Assembly: GCA_905331295.1 (NCBI GenBank) | Contig: CAJNYD010000400.1 | Span: 1-64,000 of the forward strand | DNA: 64,000 nt | From: Rotaria socialis | Taxonomy: Eukaryota | Reading direction: 5' to 3' | Shown: piece by piece, positions 51,381 through 64,000 of the stretch | How positions within the stretch are numbered: position 1 is the stretch's first letter | Layout of the letters: the number at the start of each line of letters is the position of its first letter | Translations under genes and position numbers: made by a program | Notes under the pieces: model-generated | What the model was told of the DNA's origin: nothing | Database searches by the model: none | What the model saw: only the letters and a program-made list of their open reading frames with translations

Positions 51381-52651
51381 GCTTTTGAAATATGTGACAA
51401 CACGCGTAAAGTTGCCTTTTGTGAATAAACACTTTTTTGATAAACGTAAGCGAAAGCAGAACTTTCAATGCGTATTTATTACGTTGGCATTTTTTTATCA
51501 TACAACATCTAATCTCGGTAAAAACACACAATTGTATATGAAGAATGATAAGGACAAATTATCTGAGTCGCTTTTTAACGATAAACAACGCTTGTTTTCA
51601 TCAACATGCGGCTAAATTACAGCGCAACCAATTTGTTACTGAAATAATGAAGAATCTTCAATTCATCGGCTCTTATACTTTACGATAGGCAAATTCTATA
51701 GACGAGTGTAGACAAAGAGATACAGTTACATGGAATCTTTATTTTTATCGATTTCGATATTTTTTATATCTTTTTTTTTATTCTATTCAAAACTGAACTA
51801 ATACATCTATTGGATGTAGATGCTAACCAACACAAAAATATTCAATAGAAGGACAAGATCAAAATTGCGTATTTATAACATTCTTGTTACGCAGATCGGC
51901 CAGCATGGAGTAGATTACTGAGCGTTGGTTCATTTATCGGGAGTTCAACCATTAATAAAGTCGTACAGAATTGTTGAGTCAAACATGGAAGTAAATGAGT
52001 CTCTCTTGATAGACGATCCCTTACCATTCCATAGCTCCATATGCCTGCTAGAATCGTGAAAATAATTGTAAATTGAATATTGCCAACTCTTTCCTATTGA
52101 AATAAAACCGTTTTCTGACACACAAAGAAGATACATTAATCAATGCAAGCTTTGATTTATGAGAACGTAGAGTGGGTTTCGATGTATGAATAATAGCTCT
52201 AAAGTAGCACTAGCAACCACATCTATAATCATTCATGGCTTAACTCAAAACCGAACATCATCAAATAATTAATAAGTTCATAATGATAGCTCATTCTAAT
52301 TCTTGATAGATTTAATGCATACTATTATAAAGAACAAAATATAACACTCAAAACGATAATAACAGATAAACTATCTGAATGCTTTCGTTCACTTTGTCTT
52401 TTTAATCAACATTTCATCAATGCGAAATCATATAAGCTACGATAGAATAATCTAGATGATACTAGGGATGTTGGAACTTGCTTGTTTAACAACATTTGAA
52501 TAGCCCCTTCTTCTGTTATCCTCTCATTTATTGATCTTTGCCTTTTTGAATTCGAAAAAAAATAATATAATTTAGTCTCTTATGCCGGTATTATTTTATG
52601 CAGACATCAACGAGAAAAACACAACAAAACTCTTAAACGACTCGTGACGAT

Positions 52652-53445
52652 TAGGGGTGGTCATTTAGTGTTACTTTACTAAATAAAGATAAATGATTCA
52701 TTTATCTTTAGAAAATAAAGCAAAAATAAAGGAATATATGATTTTTATTTTCAATCGATAATCAAGTGGAAAATATTCTAGAATTGTAGAACTCGCGTTT
52801 TGGGAATATTCTTATCATTGAATCGATGTCTTTTGACTGAAAACAGGGATCTCTGAAGTGAAATCAACTGATATTGCTTAATAGTATTTTGGGAATTTTA
52901 GTTAGAAAAACATAGATTAAATTAAAACTAATACCATATTCTGAATCAGCATTACAAACTGAACAAACCGATGTGACTTTCGAATANNNNNNNNNNNNNN
53001 NNNNNNNNNNNNNNNNNNNNNNNNNNNNNNNNNNNNNNNNNNNNNNNNNNNNNNNNNNNNNNNNNNNNNNNNNNNNNNNNNNNNNNNNNNNNNNNNNNNN
53101 NNNNNNNNNNNNNNNNNNNNNNNNNNNNNNNNNNNNNNNNNNNNNNNNNNNNNNNNNNNNNNNNNNNNNNNNNNNNNNNNNNNNNNNNNNNNNNNNNNNN
53201 NNNNNAATTTATTAAATTTAAAATTTAAATTTAAAAAAATTTATTAAATCGAGAATTAAATTTTCAAAAAGTTAATTTAAATTAAATTTAAATTCTGAAA
53301 ATTTAAATTTTATTTAAATTTAAATTTTTGCATCAGAAGAATTTAAATTTATTTTAAATTTAACTTAATAGAATTTAATTTAAAATTAAATTAACTTTTC
53401 AAGAAGTTAAATTTAAATTAAATAAAATGTAAATTGACACCCCTA
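52652..53445. mobile_element. hAT-like MITE end(s) spanning an assembly gap
   Basis: taggggtggtcattta at the left, taaattgacaccccta at the right, AT-rich aaattt repeats. May be two separate elements. Confidence 0.45.
52987..53205. other. Assembly gap (N run)
   Basis: Run of n. Confidence 0.98.
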
Positions 53446-55454
53446 TTCATACTTTTTGTTTCAATTTCATATTGCAATGGAATATTTCCTTTTTTATTGC
53501 TTAAAACGAAGACAGACAATTACGGAGTTCATTTTTCTTTACGATATCTGGGTCACAAACGAGTAAAAAAAGTCGAACATATTCGAAACGTTCGAAAAAG
53601 TATGTTTAATTTTTCTCAAAAATAAGAATGTAATCTGTTGGTTAACAATATGAGAAGCTATGAACTCATTTCATCGACAAAGGGCAATTATTAAGAAACT
53701 TTAAACAGTGAATTTTAGATATAATACAACTAATATAGCACCAAATATTGGATCTCATCATGTACAGTAGTGAATGGTAACGTTCTCCGGGTGAAAAGAG
53801 CACTTTTCTACTCTTGTAACACTCTCCCCGTTACAATCTTGATCATGATTACAAGAGCGAAAATATATTTCAGCAATTTGTTTTTATGTAAATAGTTTAA
53901 GTCATACTTGACACGAATGAAAAAGATAATTTTTCTGTGTGTGATCGTTAGAGATTTCTCATTCGGATGATTTTTAAAACTATAAAGTTTTCTAGCGAAG
54001 ACGATGGTGTAGATTACCAGAAGTTCTCATTAAAGTATTTATTTTCACTTTGGACACGAAAAGAATGTAGTTTTTTCGAGTCACCTATGAATATGTCGAA
54101 TTTACGTCACTCCGACCCATATAGTTTTTCTTTTATTACATAAAAGAAAACATTGGAACTGCTGGTAAGTATCTTGTAGAGAAAGCAAAAAACATATTGA
54201 ATCACAGTATTCAATATAAGAAATATTGCAGGCGCAATAGTCTTTGTTCATTCAAGTATTTAACCGAGTACCTACCTTTGATATACAAAATTATGATTCA
54301 CATCATACAGATTCTCATCATAGATGAAAAGAAGTTCGTGTCAATTAAAATACTCTAAATAATATTCGCTTTCATTGAATATATTTGTTGAATACTTTTG
54401 ATCAGATGGATTGTGGGCGTTGATCTTCATGTTGTACATTTGTTGTGTTTATAGGTTTCAGGGAACTGATTTACGTTATTTGGCAATGGTGATATATACG
54501 AGGAACAAAAATGTGCACCATGAAGTCTTTGCTTAATTATGCAATTAGCTTCTTACAAATACTAATGAATATTACGATGTTCTTTCCTATATTCAAGGAG
54601 TAAAAATTAGATGCATTCATTTCATAATTGGTATCGATCTTATTTCTCTTTAATTTTGTGATAAAGAACAACTGCAGCGACGTAGGATTTTAAGTCAAAT
54701 CATCAATTCCATTGGTGACGAACCAAACGTAAGTGACCAAGTCTCGTATTGTAGCTACTGGATGTTGTATTTGGTCGAAACAGAAGTTATTCAAAATAAT
54801 AAAGATAGAATCCAATTGTTTTTGTTGCCATTACATATAAGAATTGTGTAAAATCAACAGAAAAAAGCATGTATCGTTGATTGATTTTGATGAATAAATG
54901 TTCAGATTTTATTGATTATTTTCACTCTTTTTGTTTAAAATCGATTTAATATTTGGTATAAGCAATGCTTTCAATGAATATTGCTTTATTCGAAAACACT
55001 ATAGAAATTGAGTGCAGCTGTTTCACTTCTGAATAACTCATCTGCAATTTCTTTGTGCTTACTATATCGACTTTAATCAAAAATAATCAAAACGATCAAT
55101 AAAAACTCGATGGTTTTGGTCACGCTTTGATTAGAATTGATTTTTAACCGCGTAGAAATCGATTTAAAATTCATTATTCTGATCTGACTTTTCACATAAC
55201 CGCCACTTATTCCTCGTACGATTCTCTATATTTTCTGTCTTATTCGTGTTAGTTTGAGACGGTAAATGAATGATATCAGAAACAGCATGATGATAAAAGA
55301 AAAGGCTTTAGTAGAAATGCGATATCTTTCATTACACCGACGAGGATTGGCTCAAGCAATTAAAATGAAACAAAGCTAACTGGAAGATCCCATTTAATTG
55401 AATCAGCTTTGTGCAGCATAAAATGTAAGTAAATTAGAAATTTAGGATTGTTGC

Positions 55455-56985
55455 AATCATCACTAGTTGTTTAATAATTTTGTTTTGTTTTTCTCCTTAA
55501 CGTCTTCATAGACTAATACTGGCATAAGAGACTAAATTATATTATTTTTTTTTTCGAATTTTAGAAGGCAAGAATCAATAAACGAGAGAACAACCAAGGA
55601 CGGGGCTATTCAAGTGTTGTTAAACAAGCAAGTTCCAATAGCTCTAGTATCATCTAGATTATTCTACCGTAGCTTATATTATTTTCCATTGATAAAATGT
55701 TGATTAAAAAGACACAGTGAAAGAAAGCATTCAGATAGTTTATCTATTATTATCGTTGTGAGTGCTATACTTTGTTCTTTGTAATATTATCTATTAAATC
55801 TATCAAGAATTAGAATGAGCATCATTATTAACTTATTGTTTGATGATGTTCAGTTTTGAATAGAATAAAAAAAAATGATATCAAAAATATCGAAATCGAT
55901 AAAAATAAAGATTCCCATGTAGCTGTAGCTCTCTGTGTACACTCCCTCTATAGAGTTTGCCTATCATACAGTATAAGAGCCGATGAATTGAAGGTTCTTT
56001 ATTATTTCAGTGACAAATTGGTTGCGCTGTAATTTGTCCTTATCATCCTTCGTATACAATTGTGTGTTTTTATCTAGGCTAGATGTTGTATGATAAAAGA
56101 AAATGCCAACGCAATAAATACACATTGAAAGTTCTGTTTTCGTTTACGTTTATCAAAAAGTGTTTATTCACAAAAGGCAGCTTTACTCGTCTTGTCACAT
56201 ATTTCAACAGCCTAGCATTTTTTAATTGCCTCTTTTCAATTATAAAAAAAAAACTAGCCGTATTGGTTGCGTTTCCAGTCATAGTCATTCTGATTTGTTA
56301 TAATTCAACAAATCCAAAATATTTGGGGCTACACATTTTACACTCTTTAATATCAATTAAAAATAGTTTCGTGCCCGATACAAACAGACCTATGTTGAGT
56401 CCCGAATATCGAGCACTTGAAAGTATGCTTTGAGGAAGACCTCTCTTTCAAATCGATCCAAATCTGGATCCGCTAAAGCAAGCGAAAAATATACGTGCAT
56501 CCTTTCCACTTGATACAATTGTTCCTCGTTCATTTTCATGCCACGCAGACAAACATGCATATGAAAACGGAGGACACACAGTTGATGCACATTGGATTCA
56601 TCATGAAAGAGCTAAACCAAAATAAAATACTGATAGAATCATCATTTATCTGATTGGTGGAGGTTACACAGTCGGCGATGTGCAAGGCAGGTAAGCATGA
56701 ATACCTTGACTGATGAAAAGAAAAATAGGGAGTATCATGTAAGATAGTTATTACATTATTGCTGTCAATCCTATGTAAATATGCAAATTTTGTATTTTGT
56801 TTACTAGTCTATATCTATAGTGGTCTTGAATGTGATTTTTCTTGACTTTTCGATATCACTGTAATTCATTTGGACTATCGTCTTGTTCCTGAACATTCAT
56901 TGTCATCAGCAGTTGATGATATACTCACACTTTACCATGCACTTCTTCATGATGAGATTTATACTTCTCGGCTACCAATTATGGA
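55455..56985. repeat. Inverted duplicate of ~50620-52652
   Basis: Reverse-complement similarity covers the hydrolase 5' part, its intron and upstream DNA; ~51800-52245 is missing from this copy. Confidence 0.85.
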
Positions 56986-57000
56986 AGTTTAGCATTTATA
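56212..57000 (+). pseudogene. Pseudogene copy of the alpha/beta hydrolase
   Basis: ATG replaced by CTA; TGA at 56431-56433; TAA at 56623-56625; HGGG changed to IGGG; donor GT changed to GC; GDSAGG lost. Confidence 0.88.
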
Positions 57001-57708
57001 CTACTGACGAGAACATTTCAGATTCAAGTGGTATTGATATGGGAGTTATAAATATATGTCGATAGTTTTTCCTCCAATGAATATTGATTGAAAAATAGGA
57101 TTTATTTTTTTCAAAATCTTAATAGAAACGATGATATTCTATTGTAATTTATTCATCGCATTAAGTTCCTCGGCAACTATTCAATGTTAACTATCATATT
57201 AGTTCTGTGATAGTTTCATACAGTTGTCAATAGTTGCAGTGATAATATCTCACTAACAACTTAATACTCGTTGTGCACGGTCTCATAGAATGCATTCATT
57301 TACAATATGTTTTATTTACAAAGAATTGAATTAACTATACTGAACATTGCTTGTCGTAGACTTTCTATTTAACATCTCATTCATGGTAGATATTCAGTTG
57401 TTATCAATCTGGCCTCGGATTCCTCCTATATTTTCTATATTTAAAAAAATTCCTATTTTTTCTCCTATATTTCGATGAATTTTCCTGTATTTCCTATAAA
57501 AATGAAAAAAAAGTAGAAAATTGATAAAAAACCGCTCTTGTTTTAGTATAATTTTCATGTTTTTTAAACAAATCTATTCGATAATTATTGATTCTTTTGT
57601 ATTCTTAGAATTTTTTTACAGGGACTATTTTATTTACAATCTCTTTTCACATTATCAAACGGACAAAATGAAAATAACTGACTATTTTAAGTATAGATAT
57701 TCAAACAN

Positions 57709-58205
57709 ATACTTACAAGCAGTTCTAGTGTTTCCTTTTATGTAATAAAAAATCTATATAGGTCGGAGTGACGTAAATTCGACATATTCATGACTGGCTC
57801 GAAAAAAGTACATTCGTTTTTTTTGTCAAAAGTGAAAATAAATACTTCAATGAGAATTTCTGGTAATCTACACCATCGTGTTCTCTAGAAAACTTTATAC
57901 TTTTAAAAATCACCTGAATAAGAAATTTCTAACGATCACCTACGGAAACATTATCTTTTTCATTCGTGTCAAGTATGACTTAAAACCATTTACATAAAAA
58001 AAAAACAGTTGTTGATGTATACTAATTACATTCTTATTTTTGATAACAATGGAATATACTTTTTCGAACTTTTTGAACCATTATATTCGACTTTTAACTC
58101 ACTGAGATCTAAATAGAGTAAAGAAAAACGAACTTCGTAATTGTCTGTATGTGTTTTAAGGAATCAAGAAAGAGGTATTCAGTCTCACTATGGAATTGAA
58201 ACAAA
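57709..58205. repeat. Inverted duplicate of ~53455-54171
   Basis: For example ggtcggagtgacgtaaattcgacatattcat (57761) is the reverse complement of ~54087-54117. ~53635-53875 is missing from this copy. Confidence 0.85.
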
Positions 58206-58259
58206 AAATATTTAAAAAATTCACAATCATCAAAATATGGACAATAATATGATTCTTTG

Positions 58260-59480
58260 ACGTTGAGATAGATTTTTGAAGAAGCTGATGATCATTACAA
58301 AACGATCGTCACATAAGTCATTCTGCACTACTGTAGTAAGTTTCGCATTTTGACTTTCAACGGATTGCGTAATCAAACGTTTTCATGAAGCATACATCTT
58401 AGCATAGGTTAGATTGAGATTGACACAATGTTTGGACTCTTTTAACCAAAAGGTAGCTCAGTCATGACAAACTATTTTTCCACAGCCATCTTTTTCAAAG
58501 GATCTGTAGATTTATTAGTTATCTTTGAATCATACAAAATAGACAATAGAATATTTGATTATGCAAGCTTTATAAAGATAGCAACATTCCACAAATAAAT
58601 TTAATAAGATTGGTGTTATTTGTGGTAATGAGAAGACGCATTCGATTAGCAGTTTTATGTGAAGAAAATCGCTTGAGGTAAATTCTATTTGATGATTGTC
58701 AATGAATTATTGTTAATCACTGACCACATAGTATCACAATCAGATGGGATAACGTTGTTCCAGAAAAATTGACAATATTTGTGATATTGGTCTCAGCTTG
58801 TTATAGCGTTTTTTTGCAACTCTGTGTTGATGAATAGATTCATTCTTAATGTTATGCGTTGCTCATTGCGATACTTGAGTTTAGCATAGCAATAGTTTTC
58901 TAGTGCATATTTTCTTGTAGCGTTTTAAGAACCAACAAGCGTACTATGAAGTTCTCGGATTCCAACAATATGCTTCAATAAAGTCAACATAAAATATGAT
59001 TCAGATGAGGACAGAAGCTTAACATATTGAAGTAAAAGTTATCGGATTGAAAAAGTTTCTTCAAACGCTATTGTCAAAATCTCAAAAGGAGCAAAGTGTA
59101 ATGAAAAGTTGGCAAAATACATGCCGTCATTCTCTCTATCTGGTATGAAAATCATCAGATGTTTAGGAATAAATCTTTTTCAAATGTCAAAATTTAATAA
59201 GAAGCATGTACTGATTCGTTTCGATTGGTATTTTCTCTCACAAATCAGTTCTACTCTAGATCAATACCCGGAACGACATTTTTGTTTATTTCTTGAGAAG
59301 CATTTGCACAATATGTTTCAAAGAGTTGTAAGATGTTATAGTCGCCATTTAATAACAAAATAGTTGAAGAACACGCCATATTCGATGGATGCATACCTTT
59401 GAATCCTCCTTCCAAAGAATGCTATGTGATGTATGAGCTGGATAATCATCTGCGACGATCATTGACTTTTGCACATCTAT
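58260..59480 (-). mobile_element. Possible heavily decayed non-LTR retrotransposon (RTE-like)
   Basis: Only motif remnants on the minus strand: FMKTFD (cf. DF.KAFD) and WNNVIPSD (cf. W....IP.DW). No intact ORF. Confidence 0.3.
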
Positions 59481-60754
59481 CGTGACATCGATCATGAATA
59501 ACTATCGATTGAGGATGAGAGCTATAGTTCAATATTTTGATAAAGAATGGCAGATAAAATAATACACATACTGATACTGCGCATTATCGATGGATTTTAA
59601 TCACAGCTATGTGACATCTATTTGTATAACTCTATCAGAATCAAACATGTTCAAGGTTCCAGTGTAATCGAACGAAAGCTACAAAAAAAACTGGTGATTT
59701 TCTATCTGGGATAGTCAGCAGTCTAAGTGATAATACTTTTTTCAGCACATTTGATTTTGGTACTAACCAATGATTGTGTACCTGTGATTTTTTTTCACTA
59801 AACTATCAAATGTCAGAAAAATTGATAATTTTTAAAGAGATCAGGATCATATTACTACAAAAAAACCACTATCCACGCGGTTGATACATGAATCGATCAT
59901 TTTTTTTTATCGAGTTTTACTAAAAATAACTAATCAAATCTGATGCTCATCGTTTCTTAACTACTTGTTTTTATTGATATCACGCATTATTTCATCTTTG
60001 AAATATAATACATTCACTGTTATTTCAAAGATTAACGATTCGAAAATCTTGTGTTATGTGAACTAATTAATGTTCTAAAATAATTACCCATACGAAAAAC
60101 TATATATACTCAATTGAGACTAATGAGAAAACGGGTACCGACCTTCTCTAACGAACCATATCTTCTGGTGATACAATACCGGCCCAACTGATTTGCTCAA
60201 TAGTGTTCAAAACTTTTTTACTGAAATGCTCAATAATACAATGAAATGCAAGTCTTTGATACGGGTGATTTTTTTCCTAGTCGGCGTTATTGATTTGATA
60301 ATGTTCTACGTCCAAGCAGCAGCATTAAATCCTTGTGGAAGTCTCGGTTCTCAAGAAAGCACTCTTCAATTGATACAAGAACAAAAAGGGGTCACTTCTT
60401 TTGTGGATTCGTCATCTTAAGTATTTGATATTTTTGTTAAAAAAGTTTTAAGACTTAATTCATCTTCATCGTTCTCTTCGAATTTGTTGGAGATAGAAAA
60501 TATTTTAAAGAACTTTTTCGCTTATCACATAATAGTCTGTTCTTCTATTTCTGATCAATATACTAGGTATAAGAGTAATCGAATTACACAAATTTAACGA
60601 GTCTTCGTCTAGAATAGCTTGCTAACGCGCAGAGTTATGTATTCCTTATAATATGGTATGACCAAATCGGAAATATTTTGCTTGAATTATACTGTTTCAT
60701 CGATCATTGTTTTCTTGTTCTCGTTCTAAACGACGAGATAGATAGGATTATTAA

Positions 60755-61441
60755 GGGCTCCCCCCCTCAGAAAAGCCGATTTTTCAAAAAAAAACGGAAT
60801 CGAGTTTTTATCATAGGAAGATTCCCCGTGATTTCCTCTCTCAGAATATATATAATTATTTGAAAAAAAGGTTACGTTTTGACAGACTTATTGAAGAAAT
60901 ACTCTTTCATTTCCCTTACTACCGCACACCTTTCTAAAAATTCCTAAATGTTGGTCTGAAAACATGGGTCTCAAGCAGAAAAATTGTTATAACTTTCGTT
61001 TGGCTTTAGCTTTCCCCGATATTTTTATTTATTTTAAAGGTTTGAATCTGAGCTAACTTTTCATCGACCGGATTTTCGATATTTGATTCCTGCACTGAGA
61101 AAAGTCTGATTTAGTGCGTTTTTTATACCTAATTTGGCTGTCATACGGAATAAAATGCTGATAAAAAATAAATAGAAGAGAATTTAAAAATTCCGTCCGA
61201 TGAAACGTTGCGTATGGATGCTAGCTTTAATTTGAAATCTACTCGACCTCGATAACTTTCACAGTCAAAAGAGTTATTTCGATTCTCGTGAAAGCTATAA
61301 AGCAAGTCGTAAGTCCAGTTTAGTAAGGTATACATGGCTGAAATTGTTACCACAAGCGTTTCTCACTGCCACCATGTATCCCTGAAAGTTTCAGCTCAAA
61401 CCTATGCTCAAAACTGGCAAGTCGATTCTGAAAGGGGGCCC
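60755..61441. mobile_element. Non-autonomous Kolobok-like DNA transposon
   Basis: TTAA on both sides (60751-60754, 61442-61445); purine-start termini gggctccccccctcagaa / ttctgaaagggggccc. Confidence 0.65.
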
Positions 61442-62168
61442 TTAAATTCTTCCAATTTCTTTTTCACTCATAATTGTCCTTAACACAAAAATACTGAGTA
61501 AAAAGTCTGATACATATACTATAGATAAAATATTGTATTTATAATGATCGATACATATTGACTGGCTCACTAAACGTTTTACTTCCATTTTAGTTGAATT
61601 ACACATATTTTTTCATCAAAACGATGTACTCAAGTATTCTCTACAATATTGCTTTGATGATTTTTCTCATTAGCATTCCTGTGCGATATACATTAGCAAT
61701 CTAGTGTTATACATCAGATCTGAGAAATATCTTTGCCTGACGTACATCTAAAATCTTCGAACATAAAGATATTAATGTTGATAGTGATTGAAGGTGCGCC
61801 GTTCTCGATATTGTGGGTATAAGTTGGCTATGAACTATATTTTCAATGAAATATTCAACATTTTCAGGTTATAGTTAGACGCTGCAATGTTTAGTTATTC
61901 TTAAAAAACAGGGAGCTCTTTAAAAACTCTATTGTCTCTTCGATTCTTTTAAAGCTCTGAGTATTGATTAATAAGCTAAAAGTTTATTTCACTGTCACAT
62001 TAGTCATCATATCATTTATCGTGGCCAAAATAATAGTTACTATAGAGTACACGAAATAAATGAATTAGATGTACTAAATTTTGACCTTCGTAGTAACAGT
62101 TCATTACATCGATAGTTTGAAAAGGTAGACACTTAGAATTACGTATCCTAGCTGTTGTTAGCTAAAAA

Positions 62169-62541
62169 TAGGAGTGTGGATGCATTGTTATCGATATCAA
62201 TAACAATAACTTTTTTTGTGGTTTATTATTGATAACAATAACATTTTTTACTATTTGTTATAAATAACAGATAAATAGCAAATAACTTTTTTTTCTGAAA
62301 AAGATCATGTCTCAGTTCGTTGTATGTTTTAATTGTATCCACTATATGAGCTGATGCTTGAGAACCAATTTTTAGCTTCTATATTGCTACTTAGCATAGT
62401 ATAATGGATAAAAACAATGAACTGAGTTTTCACAAAAAAACGTTGATGTTATTTATCTTTGATTTATAACAAATAACTATCGAAAAAAGTTAGTGTTATT
62501 GTTATTAATAACAACAAGATAACAATAACTTTTCACCCCTA
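62169..62541. mobile_element. hAT-type MITE
   Basis: Termini taggagtg / caccccta; perfect 8-bp TSD gctaaaaa; subterminal ataaca repeats. Confidence 0.85.
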
Positions 62542-62890
62542 GCTAAAAAATAAGCCTACATTTAAGTTTTCAGAACTACCAAAAGAAAGTGACAATTTAG
62601 GGAATATTATAGATCCAAGTTTGAACTGGAATATGTTGTCACCTTTAGGTATAGCCAGATTGAAACCCTTCCTAATCGCTTCGAAGCATCCGATGTTTTA
62701 CTGTATCGTGACAACCAAATGATATTCGTAGTTTTCGACAACACATATCATATTGGCACCTTTTGTACACCATTTGGCCAATCTTTCAACTGTACCGATC
62801 AGCTACTTGCTTGGCCAGATGCATCATTAGCCACGACAGACTCCCAGTTCGAAGGGATTAATTTATTTTGTTTTTATTTTAATGTGTATG

Positions 62891-63015
62891 CATTTTTATG
62901 TATCCTCAGAGCTGAGGAATTTGAGTGCATTTGGTGTAACGAGAATGGGTATCCATTTTTATGTATCCTCAGAGCTGAGGAATTTGAGTGCATTTGGTGT
63001 AACGAGATGGGTATC
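62891..63015. repeat. 63-bp tandem duplication
   Basis: catttttatgtatcctcagagctgaggaatttgagtgcatttggtgtaacgaga(a)tgggtatc occurs twice. Confidence 0.9.
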
Positions 63016-64000
63016 GGAAATGGATACCCTATTGTAAGAATGCGTGTCTTCATAATTATAAATAAGGAAAAGTGATGCTATGTTGAAATTTATTGTATTC
63101 ATGTAGTCAGCTTTATGCCAATGTTTATGGATGTGTTCAGATTTGTTTAATGAGTTTTGTAGATGGCGTGCAATTGCAGGTAAGTGTTCGTTGAACAACT
63201 TGATTTTCACCGGGTCACAATTTATTACAACTTTGATCACAATGACTCGTTGAAGTCGTGTTGAAACTGTAGCATGCTGTGTGGTTGGTGTTATTGTGGA
63301 TTGTCACATGTATGTTATGTGAATTGTGCCTTATATTATTTTGTTTGCAGTAGGACCTGTCAGTAGGAAAATTCGTGATTCGTTCTCGAGAAGTTTTTTG
63401 AAAATGGTAGTAGTATCCTAGTTTGATTTTTGAACTAAACTTATTGAATTCGACGGAAGCGGTAAAAAGGATGTGAAGATAAGTGCACCTGTGTGGAAAC
63501 ACTATCAATAAAAGACATCTCTGGCTATTCACATACAAATACGCTACCGAGTTGTGTAGCAATCCACGGTGGATGACGAACAAAATATTAATCAATATAA
63601 GCCATCAACAAATATCCGAAAATATTTTTCAAAACACAACATATTCCCATAATAGAGCATTGAGCATGAAATTATGAAGAACCTATAGTATCGTTAACTC
63701 GTTAATCGTTTAATTGCAACACATAAACTTCAAAAGACCATATTCACTTATTTTAACACAACTATTTCACCGTTAGAAAAATTTAGTTGAAAATCTAACT
63801 TGATACATGAATGTGTTTGATAGTTAAAAGTTTTTCTGATTATATTCTTCTGCTCAGATTTATTTTAAACAGCGTCTCCATTCTCAGCATGAACGAAATT
63901 CGAATCGATAGTCGACATCAATCTTCTTGCTTTAATACAAGTTATCGAATCGTTTATAAATGAATTAATTCGAAATTCGAAATTATCTGCACTTTTTTTC

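Noticed and set aside
52973..53215. 80-aa ORF
   Set aside because: Consists almost entirely of N gap.
62600..63700. Possible gene fragments around the 63-bp duplication
   Set aside because: No coherent spliced frame or family motif; the duplication could be an assembly artefact.

Overview
AT-rich eukaryotic (animal) DNA with many short GT-AG introns (mostly 45-70 bp), abundant MITEs and two assembly gaps. Gene content and repeat style suggest a bdelloid rotifer, but this is inference. The main result is in 1.5-13.5 kb and is mostly invisible in the ORF track because the exons are small. It is a cluster of LUBAC (linear ubiquitin) accessory-subunit genes: four SHARPIN-like PH-LTM-UBL genes (only one keeps an NZF) and a HOIL-1/RBCK1-type RBR ligase that appears split from its PH-LTM-UBL half. 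These sit in two divergent, tightly packed arrays together with ANAPC15, an NCBP2AS2 homolog and a macrodomain gene. Most downstream genes have an unpaired splice acceptor just before the ATG, which suggests trans-spliced operons. The rest of the window holds a damaged opsin, two ABCG half-transporters, an orphan gene, two intronless ETS genes, STT3A, an intronless glycosyltransferase-like ORF, a hAT-ended element carrying a decayed P-loop ATPase, an HSL-family hydrolase with an inverted pseudogene copy, and many non-autonomous DNA transposons. All exon models were read by eye and are not supported by transcript data.
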